Source of the DNA: an uncultured bacterium
Lineage (GTDB): Bacteria; Cyanobacteriota; Vampirovibrionia; Gastranaerophilales; Gastranaerophilaceae
Length of the DNA stretch: 64,000 nucleotides
Assembly (NCBI GenBank): GCA_900319365.1
Contig: ONOE01000007.1
Location: forward strand, 1,792-65,791
Direction of reading: 5' to 3'
A model generated the notes under the pieces. It saw nothing but the letters and a program-made list of their open reading frames with translations, did not search any database and was not told where the DNA came from. The position numbers and the translations under genes were made by a program. Of this stretch, positions 44,991 through 54,089 are shown in pieces (the first letter of the stretch is position 1; each line of letters begins with the position of its first letter).

Positions 44991-47111
44991 ATGGCTCAAC
45001 CGGAAGGACAACAACAATCTAATCCGTTAAGTGAAGTTTTTATGGCAGTATTCGTGCTGTTCTTAATTGTCATATTGTTGTGCGAACTTCCGAACTGGGT
45101 TATAAATATTTGTATTTGTTTAAATATCTCTTTAGGTATTGTCCTTTTGATGTTTGCATTGTATGTACAAAAGACTTTGGAATTATCATCATTCCCGTCA
45201 ATCATTCTTATCGGTACGATGTTTCGATTGTGTCTTTCAATTGCCTCTACAAGGTTAATTCTTTCTAAAGGGGAGGCTGGAGAAGTAATTCACGCATTCG
45301 GAACGTTCGTAACAGGCGGAAACATGATTGTCGGCGGTGTAATTTTCTTAATTATCACGATTGTACAGTTTATGGTTATCACAAAAGGTGCCGAGCGTAT
45401 CGCCGAAGTATCCGCAAGGTTTGCGTTAGATGCTATGCCCGGTAAACAGATGACAATCGATGCGAACTTTAACGCAGGTATTATTTCCCCCGAAGAAGCT
45501 ACAAGACAGCGTGATGATTTATCCAGAGAATCAAACTTAATGGGTTCTATGGATGGTGCTATGAAGTTCGTAAAAGGGGATACAATCGCAGGTATTATCA
45601 TCGTTTTAATTAACATTATCGGCGGGTTGTGTGTCGGATGTTTGATGAACCAGATGCCTATAGCAGATGCGGTCAGTAAATATACCATCTTAACCATCGG
45701 TGATGGTTTGGCATCTCAGGTCCCGTCCCTTTTGATGTCAATATCAGCAGGTGTATTTATGACAAGAGCTTCTGCAAAGAGCGCATCATTGGGTGCTGAT
45801 GTTACAAGTCAGATTACAAGTAAACCGCACGCTTTGTTCTTTGCATCAATATTCTTGATATTCCTTGGTATAACAGGTCATACTCCGTTCTGGCAAGGAA
45901 CGGGACTTCCTTGTCTGCCGTTCTTTATATTTGGCGGCATGATATTTATTGCAGGTTTTCAGGTCCTTATCAATGCCGATGTTCAATCTCAGTTGGGGCA
46001 ATTGGAAAATGTTAAACAAAACATGCAGGATCTTGTTAACCCGAACAGAATGTATGAAAGATTGGGTGTTGATATTTTAAGCTTGCAGGTAGGTTCAAAT
46101 CTGCTTGTTATTGCCGATCCCGATCAAGAGGGTCAATTGCTTGCTAAAATTGCCGCATTAAGACAAAGGGTTACTGATGAACTCGGGTATATTTTGCCTA
46201 ACATTCGTATTATGGACTCATCAGCGCTTGATGCCAATGAATATATGATTTTAATCAGAGGTAACACGGTAGCTACAGGTTATGTATACCCGGGGAAATA
46301 TATGGTTATTGCCGATCAATGGGATTCTATGAAAAAAGAAGTACCGGATGATGCCATAATCGGTATTGACCCGACTTATCAAACTCAGGCGTACTGGATT
46401 AGTGCAGATGATGCAAAATCTGCCCGTCTTGTTACGGCTGTTGATGCAACTGATGTTATCGTTACACACTTGCAAGAATGCGTAAGAAAACACGTTGATG
46501 AAGTCATGACAAAAACCGATGTTCTTAAACTTATGGAACTTGTCAGATCTCAAGATCCCACTTTGGTTAATGACCTTGTCCCGACAATTATTTCTACGAG
46601 TGATTTGAGAAAGATTTTTGTAAACTTAATCAGAGAAAAAGTTTCAATAAAAGATATTATATTTGTGTTTGAAAGATTGTGCGATTATGCAAGATTTTCA
46701 AAAGAGCCCGATATTTTGTCAGAGCGTTTAAGAGCGGCATTAGGCAGGCAGATTTGTTTGGCTAACGTTCAGGAAGATAGAGTAATGTATGCCCTGACCT
46801 TATCACCCGAATGGGAGAAAATCCTTGATGATTCCTGCCAGAGAACAGAGCTTGGCACAATGTTTCTGTTAAACCCCGTTCAGGTTCAGGAACTTATTGA
46901 AACCACAGCGACAACGTTGATGAGGGCGCACCAAACTTGCGGCAGGCAGCCTGTTGTTCTTTGTTCTCCAAGAATCAGACTTCCTCTGTATCAGTTACTT
47001 GAACGCCATATTCCTACAATCGTTGTCATTTCATACTCTGAACTTATTACAGATATTAAAGTAGAAGCTATTGATACAATCGGGGATGCTTATCCTCAAG
47101 AACAGCAATAA
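44991..47111 (+). CDS. flhA: flagellar type III export apparatus protein FlhA
   Basis: 706 aa. Eight TM segments with the conserved FHIPEP-family loop (ARFALDAMPGKQMTIDA...MGSMDGAMKFVKGD) and a large cytoplasmic C-domain. Confidence 0.95.
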   Translation: MAQPEGQQQSNPLSEVFMAVFVLFLIVILLCELPNWVINICICLNISLGIVLLMFALYVQKTLELSSFPSIILIGTMFRLCLSIASTRLILSKGEAGEVIHAFGTFVTGGNMIVGGVIFLIITIVQFMVITKGAERIAEVSARFALDAMPGKQMTIDANFNAGIISPEEATRQRDDLSRESNLMGSMDGAMKFVKGDTIAGIIIVLINIIGGLCVGCLMNQMPIADAVSKYTILTIGDGLASQVPSLLMSISAGVFMTRASAKSASLGADVTSQITSKPHALFFASIFLIFLGITGHTPFWQGTGLPCLPFFIFGGMIFIAGFQVLINADVQSQLGQLENVKQNMQDLVNPNRMYERLGVDILSLQVGSNLLVIADPDQEGQLLAKIAALRQRVTDELGYILPNIRIMDSSALDANEYMILIRGNTVATGYVYPGKYMVIADQWDSMKKEVPDDAIIGIDPTYQTQAYWISADDAKSARLVTAVDATDVIVTHLQECVRKHVDEVMTKTDVLKLMELVRSQDPTLVNDLVPTIISTSDLRKIFVNLIREKVSIKDIIFVFERLCDYARFSKEPDILSERLRAALGRQICLANVQEDRVMYALTLSPEWEKILDDSCQRTELGTMFLLNPVQVQELIETTATTLMRAHQTCGRQPVVLCSPRIRLPLYQLLERHIPTIVVISYSELITDIKVEAIDTIGDAYPQEQQ

Positions 47112-47147
47112 TTGTTACGAATTGTTAAATCTAATGTTCTTAAAAAG

Positions 47148-47182
47148 GCAATTAATCTGCTTATATATACTTTATATATATA
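47148..47182 (+). promoter_or_regulatory. GCAATT-N15-ACTTTATATATATA element, copy 5
   Basis: Exact copy. 27 nt separate it from the ATG at 47210. Confidence 0.6.
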
Positions 47183-47209
47183 AGAGCAGAGTTTATAAGG
47201 ATTATTATT

Positions 47210-47539
47210 ATGGCACAGAGCAGAGCAATAGATGCAATCAATCGTACAAATGCAACTTCGGGTGAAGCTTATGTTCCTACTAAACTTGATATAGAAAATG
47301 GAGCATTAGGAGCAACATTCGGAACTATTAAACGTAATATCATTGAAACGGCTATGCGGGCTATAGGGTTGGATTATAATGTAAGTAACAGTTATGCGGA
47401 CATTATGTCTAATCCGAATAACGAAATCAGGGTAAAAGACAGAGTTTATTATCCGCATTCGGGGGTCGGAAATTTAAGACCCTACAATGAATCGGGTAAT
47501 CCCTCAGGCGGATGTTTTTCACTTTATACGGTCGGTTAA
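47210..47539 (+). CDS. hypothetical small protein (109 aa)
   Basis: ORF immediately downstream of element copy 5. No family recognised. Confidence 0.5.
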   Translation: MAQSRAIDAINRTNATSGEAYVPTKLDIENGALGATFGTIKRNIIETAMRAIGLDYNVSNSYADIMSNPNNEIRVKDRVYYPHSGVGNLRPYNESGNPSGGCFSLYTVG

Positions 47540-47555
47540 GGAGTTTACTACAAAA

Positions 47556-47822
47556 ATGGCAGGCGAAAACGCAATACAATTTAATCCAAGAGTCGGTGCA
47601 GATTTATCAAATATTTACGGTACAAATCCCGCATTTGATATCGGTGCTGATGCTATGCCCGTTAACAAAACCGATGTAAGTATGGGACAAGTAATGGTAA
47701 CTTTTCAGGATACGAAAAGCGAAAGCGTTCCGCAGCAAATGCAAAATATAACATCCGATAACAAAATCGGCAAATCATTAGATGCATTGGCTTTGATGAA
47801 CAGAACTTTTTTCAATAAATAA
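47556..47822 (+). CDS. hypothetical small protein (88 aa)
   Basis: ORF 47487-47822. I prefer the ATG at 47556, which is preceded by AAGGAG. Followed by a terminator hairpin. Confidence 0.45.
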   Translation: MAGENAIQFNPRVGADLSNIYGTNPAFDIGADAMPVNKTDVSMGQVMVTFQDTKSESVPQQMQNITSDNKIGKSLDALALMNRTFFNK

Positions 47823-47860
47823 ACCCTCCTTTAATTTAAGAAGGGTTTACTTTTAAATTT
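47821..47860 (+). terminator. intrinsic terminator (AAACCCT...AGGGTTT plus a T-rich tail)
   Basis: Stem 47821-47827 / 47842-47848, followed by ACTTTTAAATTTT. Confidence 0.5.
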
Positions 47861-47865
47861 TGTAT

Positions 47866-47929
47866 TGTCGGCAAATACCGACCTACTTAGTGTCCCAGTA
47901 TCTTAGTATCTTAGTATCTTAGTATCTTT
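47866..47929. repeat. hairpin (GTCGG-CAAATA-CCGAC) followed by four tandem copies of the 8-bp unit GTATCTTA
   Basis: 47898-47929 reads GTATCTTA GTATCTTA GTATCTTA GTATCTTT. The preceding CCTACTTAGTGTCCCA is a degenerate continuation. Related to 33421-33486 in inverted orientation. Confidence 0.7.
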
Positions 47930-47934
47930 ATTAA

Positions 47935-49059
47935 TTAAACACCGACTTTTGATTTTGATTTGTTAATGCAATCAATCAAAGTCTTGGCAACGGTTTCTTG
48001 TTCTTCTTTTGTAATTTCAGGGAACATAGGAAGTGAAATTACGCATTCCGTGTCGGCTTCAGTATGAGGCAATGAACCTTTGCCCATTCCAAGCCATGCA
48101 TTAACTTTTTGGAAATGCAAAGGAATAGGATAATAAAGCATTGCGCCGATTCCTGCTTCGCCTAACATTTTGTGTACTTCATCTCTGTTAGGAATTTTAA
48201 CCGTGTATTGGTGGTAAACACAGTATGTATTATCTGCTTCAACAGGAGTTTGAACGTCAGGGCAATTTGCAAACAATTTGTTGTAATATGCTGCGTGTTC
48301 TCTTCTTTGTCTGTCCCATTCATCAACATATTTTGCTTTTACTCTCAAAATAGCTGCCTGAATTTCATCAAGTCTTGAATTTAAACCCAATTCATCGTTG
48401 TGATAACGAACGTGAGAACCATGGTTTCTTAAAGCGATGATGTGTTCTTTTAATTCTTCGGAATTTGTTGTGCAAAGTCCGCCGTCGCCCATTGTACCGA
48501 GGTTCTTTGTCGGATAGAAACTGTAGCATCCGATATCACCGAATGTACCTACTTTTTTGCCTTTATAAGATGAACCGATAGCTTGAGCACAATCTTCAAC
48601 AACTCTCAAATTGTGTTTTTGGGCAATAGCCATGATTTTATCCATTTCGCAAGGCTGACCGTATAAGTGAACGGGGATTATAGCCTTTGTGTCAGGAGTG
48701 ATTGCAGCTTCGATTTTATCGGGGTCAATATTGAATGTGTCGGGGTTAATATCAACAAATACGGGCTTTGCACCGACCATGCCGATAGCTTCTGCTGTTG
48801 CAACAAACGTAAATGCTGTTGTGATTACTTCGTCGCCTTTACCGATATTTAAAGCTCTCAATGCGATATGAAGTGCATCGGTACCAGAATTTACACCGAC
48901 GGTATATTTGCAGCCGAGATATTCAGCTAATTCTTTTTCTAAAGCTTGAACGTTCTTCCCTAAAATATAAGAACCGCTTCTCATTACTTCGCAAACTGCC
49001 TTTTCGGCTTCTTCCCCAATTAATTTGTATTGACGCTTTGAATCAAAAATAGGTATCAT
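47935..49059 (-). CDS. DegT/DnrJ/EryC1/StrS-family PLP-dependent sugar aminotransferase
   Basis: Family-typical layout including [15 protein letters not shown] and the [12 protein letters not shown]-Lys box. Confidence 0.9.
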   Translation of the reverse strand: MIPIFDSKRQYKLIGEEAEKAVCEVMRSGSYILGKNVQALEKELAEYLGCKYTVGVNSGTDALHIALRALNIGKGDEVITTAFTFVATAEAIGMVGAKPVFVDINPDTFNIDPDKIEAAITPDTKAIIPVHLYGQPCEMDKIMAIAQKHNLRVVEDCAQAIGSSYKGKKVGTFGDIGCYSFYPTKNLGTMGDGGLCTTNSEELKEHIIALRNHGSHVRYHNDELGLNSRLDEIQAAILRVKAKYVDEWDRQRREHAAYYNKLFANCPDVQTPVEADNTYCVYHQYTVKIPNRDEVHKMLGEAGIGAMLYYPIPLHFQKVNAWLGMGKGSLPHTEADTECVISLPMFPEITKEEQETVAKTLIDCINKSKSKVGV

Positions 49060-49206
49060 AATCTTTTCTCCTTATAATTTACACCTCTTAACTATATTAT
49101 TATAGCATAGCTTTTTGTGTATTAATATAAATTTTATATGTTAAATTATTATATAAATTTTCATTTTCATGGTAATATTTTACTTATTAAATATGAAAGC
49201 GGGTAA

Positions 49207-50490
49207 ATGAGCAGACTAATCGGATTAATCGGGATTTTAGTGATTTTTGGATTGGCATTTTTAATGTCCAACAATCGTAAGGCAATCAATTATAAAACAA
49301 TAGGGGTCGGATTTATATTACAAATATTTTTTGCGATATTTATTTTCAAAGTGCCTATAGGTCAAAAGATATTTATGGATTTAGGTGAATTTGTCGCAAA
49401 GATTCTTGATTTCGCAACGGATGGCGGAGTTTTTGTTTTCGGACCTTTGATGGAAAAAGCAAAACTTACTTTGGTATGGGGAAGTGATGCAAATATTTTT
49501 GCCTTGCAGCTTGTAGCATCAATGATTTTCATGATGATACTCGTAAATATTCTATACTACTACGGTGTTATCCAACGAATTATTCCGATTTTGGGCAGAG
49601 CTATGAACAAATTGATGAAAGTATCGGGCGCAGAGTCTCTGTCTAACGTTGCAAGTGCTTTTGTCGGAAATGTTTCCGCTCAAATTATGATAAGACCTTA
49701 TTTGGAAAAACTCTCACGCTCCGAACTTTTAGCCTCGATGGCAGGGAGTTTGGCTTGTGTGTCTGGAGCGATGATGCCTATTTATATTTCAATGGGCGTA
49801 CCTGCAACTTATGTTCTGGCATCTTCCATTATGGCGGTTCCTGGGGCATTTGTAATTTCTAAAATTGTATACCCCGAAACAAAAATACCAGAAACGGGCG
49901 AAAATTTTACCATTCAATATAATAAAAGAAAGAAACCTTATATCAACGTTTTTGATGCCATTTCTCAAGGTGCTGCAGAGGGTATGAAAGTTGCATTAAA
50001 TATTGTTGCAATGATTTTAGCTTTGATAGCCCTTGTTGCAATGATAGATTGGTTCTTGGGATTGTTTGGCGCATTCTGTTTGAAAATAATTCCTTTGCAT
50101 AAAGGCGTTATCGGATATTATGCATTAAATCATTTGTCATTACACTATATTTTGGGCAAGCTTTTTGCAATTTTTGCGATAATTCTCGGGGTCCCGCTTA
50201 AAGAAGCAACGGCTGTCGGCGGTGTAATGGGAACAAAACTTGTATTAAACGAAATGGTCGGATTCTTTGATTTGATTCATATTCAAGGCTTGTCGCCTAA
50301 AGCATTCTTAATCGGATGTTTCACGCTATGTAACTTCTCAAATTTCGGTTCCGTAGCCATTCAGTTGGGCGGTATCGGTGAGCTTGCTCCAAACCAGAGA
50401 AAGAACCTCGCAAGACTCGGCGTAAGAGCATTGATATGCGGAACATTGACAGGCTATATGTCCGCAGCAATCGTCGGGGTGTTGTTTTAA
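49207..50490 (+). CDS. nupC: NupC/CNT-family nucleoside transporter
   Basis: 427 aa, polytopic. Conserved CNT segments (GSDANIFALQ, VSGAESLSNVASAFVG, NEMVGF). Confidence 0.85.
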   Translation: MSRLIGLIGILVIFGLAFLMSNNRKAINYKTIGVGFILQIFFAIFIFKVPIGQKIFMDLGEFVAKILDFATDGGVFVFGPLMEKAKLTLVWGSDANIFALQLVASMIFMMILVNILYYYGVIQRIIPILGRAMNKLMKVSGAESLSNVASAFVGNVSAQIMIRPYLEKLSRSELLASMAGSLACVSGAMMPIYISMGVPATYVLASSIMAVPGAFVISKIVYPETKIPETGENFTIQYNKRKKPYINVFDAISQGAAEGMKVALNIVAMILALIALVAMIDWFLGLFGAFCLKIIPLHKGVIGYYALNHLSLHYILGKLFAIFAIILGVPLKEATAVGGVMGTKLVLNEMVGFFDLIHIQGLSPKAFLIGCFTLCNFSNFGSVAIQLGGIGELAPNQRKNLARLGVRALICGTLTGYMSAAIVGVLF

Positions 50491-50533
50491 AAATTTTATA
50501 TAAAATAATGCAAAAGTAAGATATATTTTGGGG

Positions 50534-50562
50534 TTGAAAAATGTATAAAAATAATTTAAAAT
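50534..50562 (+). promoter_or_regulatory. sigma-70-like promoter TTGAAA-N17-TAAAAT
   Basis: TTGAAA at 50534-50539 and TAAAAT at 50557-50562. The predicted TSS is at about 50569. Confidence 0.4.
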
Positions 50563-50568
50563 AATAGT

Positions 50569-50817
50569 ATAGGGAAAAGACTCTAAGAGTCGTTACCTCT
50601 TAAAGTCTTTCTTAACTTCCTATTTAGTGGAAATAAAGTGCTATGGTTATTGCTGGTATAAGCCTTAGCGCTTTTTCTGTAATACAGAATATCACTTTTC
50701 ATCACTACCTTTCCGCTTTACATCCACTTAACTTGTCTGTGACGGTGGTGACAAACAGGATTTATATTTTAGCATAAATTCTATTTACTGTTTTGGGTTC
50801 TTTGTGTTAGTAATATA
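50569..50817 (+). ncRNA. structured 5' leader / candidate cis-regulatory RNA upstream of ribF (class unknown)
   Basis: A 13-bp hairpin (50576-50589 / 50597-50610) is enclosed by AGGGA/TTCCT (50571-75 / 50617-21). A long-range two-part helix pairs 50626-30 with 50702-06 and 50635-40 with 50693-98, enclosing a TTCTG/CAGAA hairpin at 50675-89. G-U pairs favour the + strand. No ORF of 60 aa or more is present. Confidence 0.3.
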
Positions 50818-51735
50818 ATGTTATTTATAAATATCATGGAAATTTTAAGAGAAATAAAACAAATTCCAAATTTATCAATCGCATCGGGCTTTTTTGACGG
50901 GGTGCACATTGCGCATCAAAAAGTTATAAAAGGTGCTGTTGATTATGCAAAAAATAACAACACAAAAAGCGCCGTTATCACTTTCCAAAATCAACCGCTA
51001 TGCAGTTTAAAACATATTGAACCGTCTTATATTTCAACCCGTGCAGACAGTTATGATTTGATTGAAAAGCTTGGAGTCGATTATTTGATTGAACTTGATT
51101 TTGACAAAGTTTATGATTTAGCGCCGCTTGATTATTTAAAATACATCGTAAAGAATTTTTCGCCCTGTGCGATTTTTACGGGATTTAATCATCATTTCGG
51201 CTACAAAAGACAGGGTAATCCCGAATTTTTAAAACAGTATCAAAACTCTTTTAACTACAAATACTTTGATATCCCCGCCCAAAAATTGAACGGTAAAATC
51301 GTTTCAAGTACTACAATAAGGAATTTTATCAAAAACGGTGATATTGAAAGTGCTAATTCAATGCTTGGCAGAGAATTTTTTGTAAAAGGCACGGTAGTGA
51401 GCGGAAATCAAATCGGCAGAACGATAAATTTTCAGACCGCCAACATAAGTTATCCTAAAAATCTTGTGTTCCCTTTAAACGGAGCGTATCAAGTTATAGC
51501 ACAATTGCAGGACGGACGAGAATTTAAAGCCATAGCAAATTTCGGCACAAAACCGACGGTATCCGATAAAAATATTAAAACGCTTGAAACTCATATTTTG
51601 CAAGGCTTTAATCAAGATATTTACGCAGAAGAATTAGAAATAAAATTTTTAAAATTTCTGCGCCCCGAGCAAAAATTTAACAGTTTGGACGAATTAAAAA
51701 ATCAAATAAAAAAAGATATTGCATCAATAAATTAA
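50818..51735 (+). CDS. ribF: bifunctional riboflavin kinase / FMN adenylyltransferase
   Basis: GFFDGVHIAHQ, an N-terminal nucleotidyltransferase domain and a C-terminal riboflavin kinase domain (GRTINFQTANI, ETHIL). The start could instead be the ATG at 50836. Confidence 0.9.
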   Translation: MLFINIMEILREIKQIPNLSIASGFFDGVHIAHQKVIKGAVDYAKNNNTKSAVITFQNQPLCSLKHIEPSYISTRADSYDLIEKLGVDYLIELDFDKVYDLAPLDYLKYIVKNFSPCAIFTGFNHHFGYKRQGNPEFLKQYQNSFNYKYFDIPAQKLNGKIVSSTTIRNFIKNGDIESANSMLGREFFVKGTVVSGNQIGRTINFQTANISYPKNLVFPLNGAYQVIAQLQDGREFKAIANFGTKPTVSDKNIKTLETHILQGFNQDIYAEELEIKFLKFLRPEQKFNSLDELKNQIKKDIASIN

Positions 51736-52328
51736 ATTTCGTGTCTGCCTTCAATGGCTTTAGCAATGGTTATTTCGTCCGCATATTCCAAATCCGCACC
51801 GACAGGCAGTCCGAAAGCGATTCTTGAAACTTTTATGCCGAATGGTTTAATGAGTTTTGTTAAATACAAGCTTGTTGCTTCCCCCTCAACAGACGGATTC
51901 AGAGCAAGAATTACTTCTTTTATACTTTCATCTGTCAATCTGTTTAAAAGTTCTTTAATTCTGATATCTTCAGCGCCGATTCCGTCAAGAGGCGAAATTA
52001 AACCTTGCAAAACATGGTATAAACCCTTATATTCATTTGTTTTTTCTATTGCGATAAGATCTTTCGATTCAGATACAACACAAATCGTTGACCTGTCTCG
52101 AGAATTTGACGAACATATTTCGCAAGGACTTGTATTTGAAATATTAAAGCAAATTTCACAGGTCTTAGTGTTAGCTTTAGCCTCAATTATGGTTTTTGCA
52201 AAATTCTCAACATCGTTTTTTGACATTCTTAATAAGAAAAATGCCATACGCTGTGCTGATTTTGGTCCGACAGAGGGAAATTTTTGAAATTGCTCTATCA
52301 GGGCTGCAATTGACTTAGGGTAAATCAT
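51732..52328 (-). CDS. recR: recombination protein RecR
   Basis: HhH (FPSVGPKSAQRMAF), a C4 zinc finger (CEICFNIS...CEIC) and a Toprim domain. Confidence 0.93.
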   Translation of the reverse strand: MIYPKSIAALIEQFQKFPSVGPKSAQRMAFFLLRMSKNDVENFAKTIIEAKANTKTCEICFNISNTSPCEICSSNSRDRSTICVVSESKDLIAIEKTNEYKGLYHVLQGLISPLDGIGAEDIRIKELLNRLTDESIKEVILALNPSVEGEATSLYLTKLIKPFGIKVSRIAFGLPVGADLEYADEITIAKAIEGRHEI

Positions 52329-52332
52329 TTTA

Positions 52333-52674
52333 TTATATATTCAACCCCGGAATTTTTACTCCGCCTGTTACGGCTTTCATTTTATTTTTCATAACTTCTT
52401 CCGCATTGTTTGTTGCTTCTTTCATAGCCGTAGAAATTACATCTTCAAGCATTTCTACAGAATCGGCATCAACTGCTGAAGGATTGTCGGGATTGATTAC
52501 TTCCGGTGATAATTTTATGGACTTGAATTTTCCCTGACCGTCTAAAGTAACTCTAACTCCGCCATTTGCACTTTCTCCGACGACCTCAAGATTTGATAAT
52601 TCCTGTTGAGCCTGAGCAGCTCTTTTTTGAACATTTTGAACCTGTTTCATCAAATTTCCGAAATTTAAACCCAT
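52333..52674 (-). CDS. ybaB: nucleoid-associated protein YbaB/EbfC
   Basis: 113 aa. MKQVQNVQKRAAQAQQEL... and the conserved ybaB-recR gene order. Confidence 0.9.
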   Translation of the reverse strand: MGLNFGNLMKQVQNVQKRAAQAQQELSNLEVVGESANGGVRVTLDGQGKFKSIKLSPEVINPDNPSAVDADSVEMLEDVISTAMKEATNNAEEVMKNKMKAVTGGVKIPGLNI

Positions 52675-52731
52675 TATTTTCTCTCCTTAGTCTGTTTTAC
52701 TTTTAAGCAATTTTTATTATACTATAAAAGT

Positions 52732-53547
52732 ATGCAAAAGAAAACATATTTACAAGAATCCATAAAAAACGGACGGCTTATCCGTTGGAATAATATGCCT
52801 TTGAAAGTATATATTGCTCCTATGAAATTTTATTCAAAACAGGGGCAAGACAGCCAGTACAGGCACATGGTTATTCAAGCCCTGCAAGAATGGCACAAGG
52901 TTTCTAACGGAAAGGTTTCTTTTGTAATTGTCGATAATTTATTGAGTTCAAACGTTAATGTCGACTGGAAAAGAGTTCAAAGGCAGGCTCTGGGACATTG
53001 TATTTTTCAATACGATAAATATAACAGGCTCTATAGTGCGGAAGTTGAAATCGGTTTAACAGAAGGACTTGTTCACGCAGATTATAATGACAAAAGTGAA
53101 ACTTATCACACGATTTTGCACGAAATCGGGCACGCAATAGGGCTCGGGCACAGTCCGTTTAAAAATGATATTATGTATACCCCTCACCAGAAAGGTATTA
53201 CTCACGTAGGACCGGGCGACAGGTTATCTATAAATTGGCTCTATACTTTTCCTCAAGGAAAAACCGTTGATGAGATTGCTTCAAAATACCATACGGCAGG
53301 CAATGATTTAGATGAAGTTGTTGCAAGAATAATTTCCAAACAGGCAAAAACGGATTTTGAGAAAGTTAAAGACGGAGTTGATACGACGGCGCCGGCCGCT
53401 CAAGGCAAAAGCCTGCTTGATGAAACCCAAAATATCGGCGATTTGAAAAGGTATAATATGACCCTGCAAAATATTCAAATTTCTCCCGATCTTCAAGAGC
53501 AGATAAAAAAGCAGTACAGAGATTCTTCTGCAAATAAAAGATACTAA
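52732..53547 (+). CDS. matrixin-like (M10 family) zinc metalloprotease
   Basis: HEIGHAIGLGH (HExxHxxGxxH) followed by a Met-turn candidate (IMYT). Confidence 0.75.
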   Translation: MQKKTYLQESIKNGRLIRWNNMPLKVYIAPMKFYSKQGQDSQYRHMVIQALQEWHKVSNGKVSFVIVDNLLSSNVNVDWKRVQRQALGHCIFQYDKYNRLYSAEVEIGLTEGLVHADYNDKSETYHTILHEIGHAIGLGHSPFKNDIMYTPHQKGITHVGPGDRLSINWLYTFPQGKTVDEIASKYHTAGNDLDEVVARIISKQAKTDFEKVKDGVDTTAPAAQGKSLLDETQNIGDLKRYNMTLQNIQISPDLQEQIKKQYRDSSANKRY

Positions 53548-53595
53548 AAGCTAAAAAATATAAAGATATCCGCTATAAATATAAATAAAACACTC

Positions 53596-53862
53596 TTACT
53601 TATTTAATTTTTTTAATAATTTGTTGAACCATGAATCGGTATCGGGCATATAATCAGGTTCGCTTTTCGGTAATTTAGAAGATAATTCAAAAGAGTCATG
53701 TTTTTCCATGGTGAACAGACTGCCTTTTTCTTCTTTTTTCTTTTGCCGTCCGCCGCCGCCCATATAACCGAGGTTGCCGCCGCTTCCGCCGTCATTGTTC
53801 ATGTTTGCAGCTGCTTTGATTACCGGTTCGGTTCTTGCAATGTTGTTTACATCGAAACTCAT
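53596..53862 (-). CDS. hypothetical small Gly-rich/basic protein (88 aa)
   Basis: ORF 53596-53946. I prefer the ATG at 53862, which is preceded by AGGAATAAGGAA. Element copy 6 lies 24 nt upstream. Confidence 0.45.
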   Translation of the reverse strand: MSFDVNNIARTEPVIKAAANMNNDGGSGGNLGYMGGGGRQKKKEEKGSLFTMEKHDSFELSSKLPKSEPDYMPDTDSWFNKLLKKLNK

Positions 53863-53886
53863 TTCCTTATTCCTGTATTGTTCCCT

Positions 53887-53921
53887 TATATATATAAAGT
53901 ATATTTTTCTTAAAATTTTGT
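53887..53921 (-). promoter_or_regulatory. N6-N15-ACTTTATATATATA element, copy 6 (upstream hexamer degenerate and overlapped by a palindrome)
   Basis: The 14-mer is exact. The hexamer position reads ACAAAA and is part of the palindrome TTGTTACA-N13-TGTAACAA (53918-53946). Confidence 0.5.
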
Positions 53922-54031
53922 TACATAATCGGTGCAATTGTAACAAAATTTTACAATTATTTTTGCCTAAAATCGGCTCCCCACAATTATATACTAAATG
54001 TAAAATTATGTAACGATAAATTGATTATTAT

Positions 54032-54059
54032 TAAATTTTATTTCCCATGCTGCCGATAT
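54032..54059 (+). promoter_or_regulatory. sigma-28 (FliA)-type promoter TAAA-N16-GCCGATAT
   Basis: TAAA at 54032-54035 and GCCGATAT at 54052-54059, 30 nt upstream of the ATG at 54090. Matches the canonical TAAA-N15/16-GCCGATAA consensus. Confidence 0.55.
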
Positions 54060-54089
54060 AAACAATAAGTATACTTATGAGGCTTTTAA

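Noticed and set aside
47898-47929. Possible CRISPR array
   Set aside because: The units are only 8 bp and directly tandem, without spacers. No cas genes are present in the window.
50569-50817. FMN (RFN) riboswitch or T-box leader upstream of ribF
   Set aside because: The conserved FMN-element core strings (GGGCAGGGTGAAATTCC..., CCGACAGT...AGTCTGGATG) are absent. ACGGTGGTGACA resembles the T-box GGGTGGTACC only superficially, and no specifier-loop or AG-bay features are visible. Kept only as an unclassified structured leader.
51754-52287. Long antisense/shadow ORFs in the track (for example 51754-52287 opposite recR, 45290-45697 opposite flhA, 12880-13236 opposite macA, 60192-60602, 40404-40733, 5643-5987)
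   Set aside because: Each lies entirely inside a confidently identified gene on the other strand. They have no RBS or recognisable domains, and their composition is typical of frame shadows in AT-rich DNA.
53596-53862. FlgM (anti-sigma-28) identity for the 88-aa protein
   Set aside because: DSFELSSKL resembles the FlgM D-x-V-x-L-S motif. However, the remaining C-terminus (about 20 aa) is too short for the sigma-28-binding helices, and the rest is Gly/Lys low complexity. The evidence is insufficient.
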